NCBI GenBank assembly: GCA_964602865.1
Contig: CAZRSX010000003.1
Location: 1,288 to 65,287, forward strand
DNA: 64,000 nucleotides
Direction: 5' to 3'
Source of the DNA: an uncultured Candidatus Saccharibacteria bacterium
GTDB lineage: Bacteria; Patescibacteriota; Saccharimonadia; Saccharimonadales; JAGQNJ01
In this document: in pieces, positions 51,669-59,587 of the stretch
Numbering within the stretch: the first letter of the stretch is position 1
Layout: every line of letters starts with the position of its first letter
Notes under the pieces: generated by a model
What the model was told of the DNA's origin: nothing
The model's input: the letters and a program-made list of their open reading frames with translations, nothing else
Database searches by the model: none
Program-made: the position numbers and the translations under genes

Positions 51669-52444
51669 GAGTTTGCCAACAACTCCTGTAGCCTATCATG
51701 CACGTCCGGATTAGCGGCGATAAAGCTCAAGTTACGATAATCATACGTATCGCTGCCGATATTAGCGACCTTGCCGCCTGCTTCTTGCACCAATAGGGCA
51801 CCTGGGGCGAAATCCCATGTATAGCCATAGCCGTTCAGTGCCACGCGACCTTCCATTTTACCAGCAGCCACGCTTGAGTGGCCAAATCCAGAAGCTAGAA
51901 AATTAAAAAATCCGTAGATTTCATCGCGCACGCTGGCCCATTTCTCTAAATTGGCAGGGTCATCAGCATGTGTTTCAAACTCGAGTACGGCTCGCTTCAT
52001 CGGGACATCACTCACTTGCAGTGCTTCGCCGTTGCAGTACGCGCCATTACCTTTTATGGCTGTGTACCGCTCGTTGCTGGCAAACATATCTATGATACTT
52101 AAAACCGGTTCGTGCTGAGCAATCAGCGTCACCATAGTACTGCAAAAGGGCAGCCCTCGTACAAAATGCTCTGTCCCGTCTATCGGGTCAACCAGCCAGA
52201 ACGTGTCGCCCACCTCTTTCAAGCCACTCTCTTCTCCGACAAATGGAATGCTATCATCAAATGCGGCTAACGACTCACGTAGCTGAGTCTCGATTTTATG
52301 ATCCCACTCAGTGACGACAGTATTGTCGCGCTTTACCGTGTGGTCCTTTCTTCCGTAGGCGGCCAGCAAGTCTGGCCTGATGGCATCAAGCACCCCTGTT
52401 ACCGCACCCTGTGCTGCTCGCAGGTAGTCTTTTTCGAAGCTCAT
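51665..52444 (-). CDS. inositol monophosphatase / FBPase-family phosphatase
   Basis: 259 aa. EESG, WLVDPIDGT and a WDxAAG-like motif (WDFAPGAL). Confidence 0.85.
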   Translation of the reverse strand: MSFEKDYLRAAQGAVTGVLDAIRPDLLAAYGRKDHTVKRDNTVVTEWDHKIETQLRESLAAFDDSIPFVGEESGLKEVGDTFWLVDPIDGTEHFVRGLPFCSTMVTLIAQHEPVLSIIDMFASNERYTAIKGNGAYCNGEALQVSDVPMKRAVLEFETHADDPANLEKWASVRDEIYGFFNFLASGFGHSSVAAGKMEGRVALNGYGYTWDFAPGALLVQEAGGKVANIGSDTYDYRNLSFIAANPDVHDRLQELLANS

Positions 52445-52989
52445 TTTTTTGCTCGGGCGATGGAGTCTTCGATGACTTTTTTGGCTTCATCCGGGCCGCC
52501 CCAGCCCTTCAACACGGCGCTGACGCCCTTCCAATCTTTTTTCCAGTCTTTGTAATGGCTATAGAAATGTTCGATGTTCTTTTTAAACGCTTCGCCAAGA
52601 TCATCAAGCGTTTTGATGTGGTCTTTACTGATATCATCAGCTGGTACGCAGATAAGTTTCTCGTCCATCTCGCCGTCGTCTTCAAAATGGAGTACACCAA
52701 CAGGACGCGCCGGAATAACCACGCCGTGTGGCAACGATTCGTCAATTACAATCAGTGCGTCAAGCGGATCACCATCGTCGCATAGCGTATCCGGTACATA
52801 GCCGTAGTCTGTCGGGTAACCCAAGAGAGTCCCGTTGACGCGATCAAGGAACAGTCGCCCGGTTTTTTTATCAACTTCGATTTTATTGCGTGAACCCTTT
52901 TGAATCTCAATAATCACATTGACTGCATTTGGGGCGTCATCGCCATAGCTTACATCTGCCACTTGTGTTCTCCTTTTACTTCGGTTCAA
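52441..52989 (-). CDS. ppa: inorganic pyrophosphatase (family I)
   Basis: 182 aa. IEIQKGSRNKIEVD, DGDPLDALV. The annotated start is a TTG with a GGTAGGG SD. A GTG at 52962 is an alternative. Confidence 0.9.
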   Translation of the reverse strand: MNRSKRRTQVADVSYGDDAPNAVNVIIEIQKGSRNKIEVDKKTGRLFLDRVNGTLLGYPTDYGYVPDTLCDDGDPLDALIVIDESLPHGVVIPARPVGVLHFEDDGEMDEKLICVPADDISKDHIKTLDDLGEAFKKNIEHFYSHYKDWKKDWKGVSAVLKGWGGPDEAKKVIEDSIARAKK

Positions 52990-53074
52990 TTGTACCCTAC
53001 CTTACCAAAAACCCACAAACAAAATCTCGAGAAGCTCGTTCCAAGCATACTATTGATAAATAATTTATATTAAT

Positions 53075-54253
53075 ATGAAGGCTTTCGCCCCTGGCTATGA
53101 TCCGAGACTTATTACGGAACGTGGAGAAGTATACACTGCCCTCCGTAATCACATCAGCGAATCCGGGCTGACACCGATAGAGGCTACTGCTGTTGATGAG
53201 GCAGGCTCAACCCGACTTGAACAAGCCATGACATTTATGGCTAGTGGCCTTTTGTATCACGTTATCGACCCGAGCTTTATTCCTCCCGAGGGCTACCTGA
53301 GTGAGTATGCCATGGCCTACCCCCGTGGAGAAGAGGAAGTTATCGACGGCATTCGCTATCCGCTGTTTGGCGATCCTCTGATTGGCCATGACTATCATCT
53401 TGCCTCAGAAAAGTTCAAAGCCATGCCGGCTATCACGTTTGCGTACGACATTCGTGAGGCTGGCGGACTGCACTTGCGCGGCATTGACCGAATGCTGGTT
53501 ACGGTTACACAAAAAGTCACTAACACTAAGCCAAGTGCCGTTATCAACGAGATTCCTGAGGAGTTTAGTCTTATCTATCCGTCTGCCGGTGATGTTGATA
53601 AAAAAGCTGGCCGCGCTACCAGAGAAGGCTACAAACGAACCGCACGAGCAAACCACATTCCTGTTATTTATGATGGCCTCTACAGGCCCCGCGTGACGGC
53701 ACCAATACGACGCCGGAATGATTTTGTAAACATGCAAAACCTGGTCGGCGGCCTATTTGGAGAAGGCTTGGTGTTTGCGCCTGAAGGAATAAGCCAGGAA
53801 GCCTTTTTGAGCTACCAATCACTGTTGAGGGTTTTGAGCGCCAAGAATCTTGCCCGCTATAAAGTACCCGAACCAGAGTTTGCCCGTCTTATTGACTTTA
53901 GCCTCGAGCCAAGCAACGACGGCCTGCTGCGGAATACTGCGAGCGTATTACAGCGCAAAAATATCTGGCAACATAACAACGAGCAGGTTACCGTTGCCAA
54001 CCTCGACAGTATGGTTCTGCCGCTCCCGGAAGATTATGCCGACCTTGACGCTGTTGTCGTCCGGCTACTGCAAAAAATTGTCAAAGTAGACATCCAAAAA
54101 GACAAGGATCACCATCTCCTTTCCAGACAAAGTTTAGACCCGAATGGGGCTGGTGAGCTTTCCGCTGCAATGCCTGAAGATATGCGCCGTGTCATGCAAG
54201 GTTCTGCTACGATGCTTACCCGAGCATTTGGTAACCGGCCAAAACGACGCTAG
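53075..54253 (+). CDS. hypothetical protein (392 aa, cytosolic, orphan)
   Basis: Long ORF in an AT-rich promoter context. No TM or signal peptide and no recognisable motif. Confidence 0.65.
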   Translation: MKAFAPGYDPRLITERGEVYTALRNHISESGLTPIEATAVDEAGSTRLEQAMTFMASGLLYHVIDPSFIPPEGYLSEYAMAYPRGEEEVIDGIRYPLFGDPLIGHDYHLASEKFKAMPAITFAYDIREAGGLHLRGIDRMLVTVTQKVTNTKPSAVINEIPEEFSLIYPSAGDVDKKAGRATREGYKRTARANHIPVIYDGLYRPRVTAPIRRRNDFVNMQNLVGGLFGEGLVFAPEGISQEAFLSYQSLLRVLSAKNLARYKVPEPEFARLIDFSLEPSNDGLLRNTASVLQRKNIWQHNNEQVTVANLDSMVLPLPEDYADLDAVVVRLLQKIVKVDIQKDKDHHLLSRQSLDPNGAGELSAAMPEDMRRVMQGSATMLTRAFGNRPKRR

Positions 54254-55188
54254 GCCACCCTTTCTTCGGTTTCGAGATATTCGCGGATACGGAGCGCTGC
54301 GGTTGCGCCCTCGCCAACAGCCGTGGCAATCTGCATGGTAGCGCCACTTCTGACGTCGCCGGCAGCAAAAACGCCCGGCACAGCCGTTTCGAGCTGTTCA
54401 TTGGCTTTGACAAAGCCGACGTCATCAAGCTGTACAATTCCGTCTTTTAGGAAAGCCGTGTTTGGCTTCAGCCCCACAAACACAAAGACGCCATCAGTCG
54501 GAAATTCAACTTTTTTGCCATCGTGCGTACCAATTACTTTAGTGACCTTGCCACCTTCGCCGACAATTTCATCGGTCGTCGTCCCAAGGTGCACGGTTAT
54601 TTTGTCATGCTTCTCGAGTTCTTTTATCAGCACATCTGAGGCTTTGATCGTACTGCGTACTAACAGATCAATATGCGTGGCAAACCGTGTCAAAAACAGC
54701 GCCTCTTGCACCGCCGAGTTACCGCCGCCAACTACGACAAGTTTTTTGTCGCGGTAAAACGCGCCGTCGCAGGTCGCACAGTAGTGCACGCCGCGGCCAT
54801 AAAATTCTTCTTCGCCGGGCACGCCAATTTTTTTGTAATCACAACCCGTCGCAATCAAGACAGCCCGAGCCTGCACGTCGCCATCGGTGGTGCTGAGCGT
54901 TTTGATACCGCCTTTTTCGCTAATGCCCAGCACTTCGCCCAAGCGAATATCGGCGCCAAACCGTTCGGCCTGTTTGCGCAGCTCTTCGGATAATTCCAGT
55001 CCGGCAATGCCCTTTGAAAAGCCCGGATAGTTATCAACCCAATCAGTAATGGCCGCCAGTCCCCCAACGACGCCTTTCTCAAACAAAATCGTTGGAATGT
55101 CTTCGCGCGTCGTATACACCGCCGCCGCTAACGCCGCCGGCCCCGCGCCCACCACCACTAAGTCATGTACCTTGTCTGTCTTACCCAT
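54250..55188 (-). CDS. trxB: thioredoxin-disulfide reductase
   Basis: 312 aa. FAD motif VVVGAGPAALAAAVY, redox-active CATCDG, NADPH motif VVGGGNSAVQEA. Confidence 0.92.
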   Translation of the reverse strand: MGKTDKVHDLVVVGAGPAALAAAVYTTREDIPTILFEKGVVGGLAAITDWVDNYPGFSKGIAGLELSEELRKQAERFGADIRLGEVLGISEKGGIKTLSTTDGDVQARAVLIATGCDYKKIGVPGEEEFYGRGVHYCATCDGAFYRDKKLVVVGGGNSAVQEALFLTRFATHIDLLVRSTIKASDVLIKELEKHDKITVHLGTTTDEIVGEGGKVTKVIGTHDGKKVEFPTDGVFVFVGLKPNTAFLKDGIVQLDDVGFVKANEQLETAVPGVFAAGDVRSGATMQIATAVGEGATAALRIREYLETEERVA

Positions 55189-55217
55189 AGAACCCTATTA
55201 TACGTGGCAAGCGGTGG

Positions 55218-56231
55218 TTATGAAAGAGCCGGAAGCGGTTTTTGCAGTGCGGGCTTTTGCCCAATAATTTCGGCTATTTCTCTATCAACCGTCGCTCTGG
55301 TCTCTTCGGGGACATATGTCACGTACACAATGTCCATAAGATGCGTATAGTGCTTAAAGAGCTCAATGATGTCAACCGAACTGGCCTCGGTTCCTGAAGT
55401 TACGAGATTATTTCGGTAGTCGATAACCGTCTTCATACCTCTGTAGGATATTTTCTCGCCATTAAAGTTATCTCTGGTCTGGATTATAACCGGAGCCTGA
55501 AAGGCCAGCTCAAGTTTTGCATCGCCGCGGAGCGCCCAGGCTCGATAGCCTAGCGGGTCGCTGCGATAGTCCGGAATATCCTTGTCTAGAGAAGGGCGCC
55601 AAATCCGGCCATCTAGGCTATAACTGCGCGACACCTGGTGCGCCAACGGCCAACGGAATCCTTCGTCATCGGGATCCGGGTGTTTGTCGGTGACAATCCG
55701 CTCGGTAATACCCATGTCTTCCGGAAAATACGTTGGGTCTCCAAGGAACCTTTCAAACGGCTTACCAGGTTCTACGAACTTATGATCAATATCTTTTTCA
55801 AAGATAGCTTCGGCATTCATGCCAATAGCTTTACCGCCAAAACCGAGCTGCACTTGGTGCACCCTCGTGGCTTTTTCTGGCAGACCCTTGGGTGTTTCGA
55901 GAGGACTCTCAATTGGTTCAATCGCGACCAGTTCCCGCAACGGAATGACGGATCCATCCTTCAGCACCAGTCTGTTTTGCCTGTGTTCTCCCAGGATATC
56001 CTGCGAAATAGGATCTGCTTGATATTTTATCTTCTTGACTCCACCAGCGTCCTCAATCCGCTCCAAGGTAGTACGGCGATGTTCCTGGTAGATCGCAAAG
56101 CCCTTGTAGTAGGTACCAAGCATGAAATCATATAAACTGTCCCGCATGCCGCGCATGGCTTCTTCGTGCGCCCATTGATTGGATTCCTCAAGCAAATCTT
56201 CTGGAGGTGGAGGGAGTAACACTTCTTGCAT
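55218..56231 (-). CDS. hypothetical protein (337 aa, cysteine-free) between redoxin and trxB
   Basis: Long ORF, same strand, 29 nt upstream of trxB and 84 nt downstream of the redoxin gene. No Cys, no TM, no recognisable motif. Confidence 0.65.
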   Translation of the reverse strand: MQEVLLPPPPEDLLEESNQWAHEEAMRGMRDSLYDFMLGTYYKGFAIYQEHRRTTLERIEDAGGVKKIKYQADPISQDILGEHRQNRLVLKDGSVIPLRELVAIEPIESPLETPKGLPEKATRVHQVQLGFGGKAIGMNAEAIFEKDIDHKFVEPGKPFERFLGDPTYFPEDMGITERIVTDKHPDPDDEGFRWPLAHQVSRSYSLDGRIWRPSLDKDIPDYRSDPLGYRAWALRGDAKLELAFQAPVIIQTRDNFNGEKISYRGMKTVIDYRNNLVTSGTEASSVDIIELFKHYTHLMDIVYVTYVPEETRATVDREIAEIIGQKPALQKPLPALS

Positions 56232-56315
56232 ACAGCCAGTTATAACACGTTCTCAATATTACACCAAGCATGAGCAATTAAGGCCTGGTGCTGCTAAGGC
56301 GTACGAAGAAAAGTT

Positions 56316-56573
56316 CTATGCTAAAGCGGGGGCGAGCTGGGCAAGATTGTATCCAACCACCACTCGCTTGCTGTCGTCATGGTTTGTGACGACTGTTACC
56401 GGCACGGTCAAGGCACCAGAAAGCTCCAATGCTTCTTGCTGGCGGTCAGGGTTTTCGTCCAAGTTCACTTCGTTATAGCCCACGCCTTTTGACTGCAACC
56501 ATCGCTTGACCATAACGCAGTATGCGCAGGTATTGGTGGTGTAGATTGTGATGTCTTTGGCGTTTTTCCCCAT
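56316..56573 (-). CDS. glutaredoxin-like / NrdH-type redoxin
   Basis: ORF track extends to 56618. The ATG at 56573 (MGKNAKDITIYTTNTCAYCVMVKRWL...) has a GAGGGG SD. CxxC is CAYC. TVPV and a VVGY-type C-terminal motif indicate a thioredoxin fold. Confidence 0.8.
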   Translation of the reverse strand: MGKNAKDITIYTTNTCAYCVMVKRWLQSKGVGYNEVNLDENPDRQQEALELSGALTVPVTVVTNHDDSKRVVVGYNLAQLAPALA

Positions 56574-56701
56574 AAATGATTCCCCTCTTGCTCGGAACTT
56601 TTGAGGGCTTTGAAGCACATTTCCGGGAAACGAAAATGCAGTTTTGGCCCTAAAAGTTCTTTGTTTTTGATGTTTACTTTAATGTTCTATCTGTTACCGT
56701 T

Positions 56702-56750
56702 CTAGTATATATAGTGCTTGTGCTTTCGTCAATACCCCCATATGTTGTGT
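56702..56750. promoter_or_regulatory. two imperfect AT-rich palindromes resembling tandem NrdR boxes
   Basis: Minus strand: ACACAACATATGGGGG (56750..56735) and GCACTATATATACTAG (56717..56702). Each matches 12 of 16 positions of acaCwAtATaTwGtgt by my count. Start-to-start spacing is 33 bp. The second overlaps the spacer and -10 box. Confidence 0.3.
56704..56732 (-). promoter_or_regulatory. promoter TTGACG-17-TATACT for the redoxin-unknown-trxB unit (~120-nt leader)
   Basis: Minus strand: TTGACG-AAAGCACAAGCACTATA-TATACT. Confidence 0.55.
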
Positions 56751-56769
56751 TTTTTGCACAAATTGTCAT

Positions 56770-57300
56770 TTATTGGACGGCGATGAGTTCGACATCAAAG
56801 ACCAGTGCCGAGTTCGGTGGAATATCCGGACTTGGCGACTGAGCGCCGTACGCCAGTTCGGCCGGAATAATCAATCGACGGGTACCCCCGACCTTCATGC
56901 CAGGAATACCCTCGCCCCAACCTTTGATAACTTGTTCGAGCCCAAACGTAGCAGTTTGGCCGCTGTCTTTGGAGCTTTCAAAAATAGTGCCGTCTTTAGC
57001 CAAGGCGCCGGTGTAGTGTACGGTGACGGTCGCGCCTGCTTGTGCTTCATCGCCCGTACCGTCAACCAGATCAATCTTCTGTAGCTCGCTCACGTCTGCA
57101 ATTGGGTCAAAGTTAGCAAGTTTGGTACCGGCCGAGCTCTGTCCGTTTTGATTGCTGCTGTCCATAGTGGCTGCCTCCTGATTACTGCTATTACTGTCTT
57201 GGAACATGGTCCATAGTACCATTCCGGTAAACGCAAGTGTGCTCAACAAAAACATACCTGCTGCCACCAGTGCGAACGCTCTATCTCGTTTTCGTGCCAT
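56770..57300 (-). CDS. FKBP-type peptidyl-prolyl cis-trans isomerase, membrane-anchored
   Basis: 176 aa. N-terminal TM, then VTVHYTGALAKDGTIFESS...VIKGWGEGIPGMKVGGTRRLIIPAELAYG. Confidence 0.88.
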   Translation of the reverse strand: MARKRDRAFALVAAGMFLLSTLAFTGMVLWTMFQDSNSSNQEAATMDSSNQNGQSSAGTKLANFDPIADVSELQKIDLVDGTGDEAQAGATVTVHYTGALAKDGTIFESSKDSGQTATFGLEQVIKGWGEGIPGMKVGGTRRLIIPAELAYGAQSPSPDIPPNSALVFDVELIAVQ

Positions 57301-57323
57301 ATACTCCCTTTGTTTGTCGTTTT

Positions 57324-57329
57324 AGTATA
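57324..57329 (-). promoter_or_regulatory. -10 box TATACT for the FKBP gene (23-nt leader, AAGGGAG SD)
   Basis: Minus strand: TAGGCTATACT-AAAACGACAAACAAAGGGAGTAT-ATG. Confidence 0.45.
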
Positions 57330-57381
57330 GCCTATCCGGCTGTTGCCGTGTAAAGAGCCAAATATACAACATGTTTTGCAT

Positions 57382-57412
57382 AAAAAAAGACCGCCCGGTT
57401 TTGAGCGGTCTT
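57382..57412 (-). terminator. rho-independent terminator after the Pro-rich small ORF
   Basis: Minus strand: AAGACCGC-TCAAAACCGG-GCGGTCTT followed by TTTTTAT (with the stem's own terminal TT this gives the TTTTTTT run). An 8-bp stem, 24 nt after the stop codon. Confidence 0.75.
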
Positions 57413-57435
57413 TCCAAGTCAGTCAAACTCGGTTC

Positions 57436-57660
57436 TTACACTGCAGCAGGCGCTGCTGGGTCAGAAGGTGCTGCAGGATCTGCAGGTGCTTCTGGTGCCG
57501 GCACTTCAGGGGCTGGCGCCTCTGGAGCCGGTGCAACAGGCGGTACGCCTGGGTCTACTGGAGCAGGAGCCCCAACGCCGGGATCAGCGGGTGCGCCGAC
57601 ACCTGGGTCGACCGGTACCGGATTGTCTTGTTGTGGTGCTGGATTTGTATTGTCGTCCAT
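57436..57660 (-). CDS. small acidic Pro/Ala/Glu/Val repeat protein (74 aa, hypothetical)
   Basis: Has its own TTGCCA-17-TATAAT promoter, an AAGGAA SD, and a rho-independent terminator directly downstream. Repeats DPGVGAPA x2 and (A/V)PAPE x3. The opposite-strand ORF lacks such signals. Confidence 0.55.
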   Translation of the reverse strand: MDDNTNPAPQQDNPVPVDPGVGAPADPGVGAPAPVDPGVPPVAPAPEAPAPEVPAPEAPADPAAPSDPAAPAAV

Positions 57661-57698
57661 CTGGTTTCCTTGTTTATGTTTATGAAATAACGCTTTCT

Positions 57699-57727
57699 AT
57701 TATAGCGCGTTTTGGCGTGCCTGGCAA
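57699..57727 (-). promoter_or_regulatory. promoter TTGCCA-17-TATAAT for the Pro-rich small ORF
   Basis: Minus strand: TTGCCA-GGCACGCCAAAACGCGC-TATAAT. A ~35-nt leader ends in AAGGAAACCAG-ATG. Confidence 0.6.
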
Positions 57728-57732
57728 GACTC

Positions 57733-58290
57733 TTATGCTTTTTTACTATTTGACAACAGTGTCCAGAGAAAGCCGGCCACCAAAAACAGCAGTGCGCTAT
57801 AAAATGCTACCTCGCCATATAGCTCTACTTTGTAGGCCTGACCGGGGTTGAGATAGAAATAACGGACGCACACAAACGAGTACAGCGCGACGCTAATGGC
57901 CGCTGTTGCAAACAAGGCTGCTCGCGACAGGAGCGCTGTAGCGACGATAATTGGTATGACGTAGAGTAGCACGCTCTTGCTGGCGATGCCGCGCTGCGCA
58001 TACACCATGTAGGTTGCGATGGCCAGATCACTGGCAATAAGCGCATATACCAGCCCTTGGTATTGCAGCGTACTCTTTGTAGTCGTTCGCGAAGCATACC
58101 AAACAAGCGCGCTCACAACGACCAGTCCGGCTGCAGCCGCCCAGCGCCCCATGATAATATCTGGCGTGATGAGATTCCAGGCGTCAAATAAAATCGTGGA
58201 TACAATAAAGATAGCGGCGTAGACAAAATGCAGGCGCGACATACGCAGCACATGTATTTGGAGCCAGGCGTTGAGTGATGGTTTTGACAT
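57733..58290 (-). CDS. hypothetical polytopic membrane protein (about 6 TM)
   Basis: 185 aa, almost entirely hydrophobic helices. No motif recognised. Confidence 0.65.
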   Translation of the reverse strand: MSKPSLNAWLQIHVLRMSRLHFVYAAIFIVSTILFDAWNLITPDIIMGRWAAAAGLVVVSALVWYASRTTTKSTLQYQGLVYALIASDLAIATYMVYAQRGIASKSVLLYVIPIIVATALLSRAALFATAAISVALYSFVCVRYFYLNPGQAYKVELYGEVAFYSALLFLVAGFLWTLLSNSKKA

Positions 58291-58342
58291 GCTCCAATGG
58301 TACTACAAGCCCAGCGTGTAATGCTAGTGCTCGGCTATGCTG

Positions 58343-59551
58343 CTAGCCAATAATCTGATACAAAATGAGTCCGGCTGAGCTGAGCACGCCCAGTATCGGC
58401 ACAAACTTTGGCACGGTGACGTGATTGTGGCTTTTGTCGGCATGCATTTTGATTTTTATCAGTGACAGATTAACCAACACAAAGATACTGAGCACCAGCA
58501 GACTGGTAAGTTTGGCCAGCGATACCAGCGGCAACAAAATGGTGCCGGCGATCATAATCGCCACGACTACTACTGTCGCAAACACTGGTGTTTTAGTCTG
58601 GCCGTTCACGTCGGCGAATCGTTTATCAACCCAGCCCTGACGAGCCAGGCCGTACAAAATTCGAGACCCCATGATGACCTGAACTATCACGCCATTGACT
58701 GCGGCAATAACACCAATCGAACTAATAACAATTGCGTTGCCGGCGCCCGCGGCACCGTATACCATCGCCAGCGGTGCTGAACTGGTCGCCAACTCATTTG
58801 GATCAACCAATGTTGTAGCAACAATTACAACAGCCAGGTACAGCACGGTCGCCACAATCAGCGAGATCAGAATCGCCAGCGGCATGGTGCGCCGCGGATT
58901 TTTGACTTCTTCGGATACGTTCACCATGTCCTCAAAGCCAATAAAGGCATAAAACGCCAGGAACGCGCCGGCCATGACACCGGCCCAGCCAACCGACGGA
59001 TCGATATGCAGCACCGTGCCAACGTCCGCGCTGGCAAATGCGCTGCGACCAACCCAGATGATGATTACCAGACCTAGTACTTCGAGGCACGTGAGCACCG
59101 CCGCAAATATTGCCGATTCACCGATGCCTTTGGCCGCAAGCAGGCCAATAAAAATAAGCAGACCGACACTTGCAACAAGCGTTGGTACGCCAATGATCGA
59201 GTCCAAGTAGCCGGCAAAACCTTGCGCCAGTGCCGCCGCCGAAGCCACGCCGCTGGCCACCATAGCCAGACCAATCAAAATCGACAACCAGCGCCGCCCA
59301 AACGCCTTGTGCAAATACACCGACACGCTGGCGCTGACCGGATACCGGCTGGCCAATTCCATGTATGAGAGCGCCGTCAGGGCTGCGATTGCCATCGCAA
59401 TCAGAAACGCCAACGCCGCACTACTGCCAGCGCTGCCGGCGACTTTGCCCACCAGCACATAAATACCAGCGCCCAAGATGTTGCCCAGTCCATACAGCGT
59501 GACGAGCGGCAACGACAGACTACGTTTGAGGCGTTTACTACGGCGAGCCAT
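58343..59551 (-). CDS. APC-superfamily amino acid permease
   Basis: 402 aa with about 11-12 TM. N-terminal LVTLYGLGNILGAGIYVLVG is typical of the APC family. Confidence 0.85.
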   Translation of the reverse strand: MARRSKRLKRSLSLPLVTLYGLGNILGAGIYVLVGKVAGSAGSSAALAFLIAMAIAALTALSYMELASRYPVSASVSVYLHKAFGRRWLSILIGLAMVASGVASAAALAQGFAGYLDSIIGVPTLVASVGLLIFIGLLAAKGIGESAIFAAVLTCLEVLGLVIIIWVGRSAFASADVGTVLHIDPSVGWAGVMAGAFLAFYAFIGFEDMVNVSEEVKNPRRTMPLAILISLIVATVLYLAVVIVATTLVDPNELATSSAPLAMVYGAAGAGNAIVISSIGVIAAVNGVIVQVIMGSRILYGLARQGWVDKRFADVNGQTKTPVFATVVVVAIMIAGTILLPLVSLAKLTSLLVLSIFVLVNLSLIKIKMHADKSHNHVTVPKFVPILGVLSSAGLILYQIIG

Positions 59552-59587
59552 TGGCTCTTATGATAGCATAAGCGTGATGGTTTCGAT

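Noticed and set aside
57371-57685. Plus-strand 104-aa Gly/Ala/Ser-rich ORF mirroring the Pro-rich ORF
   Set aside because: It is the reverse-complement shadow of a GC-rich repeat. The promoter, SD and terminator all fit the minus strand, and the plus strand has no SD and would run through the terminator stem at its 5' end.
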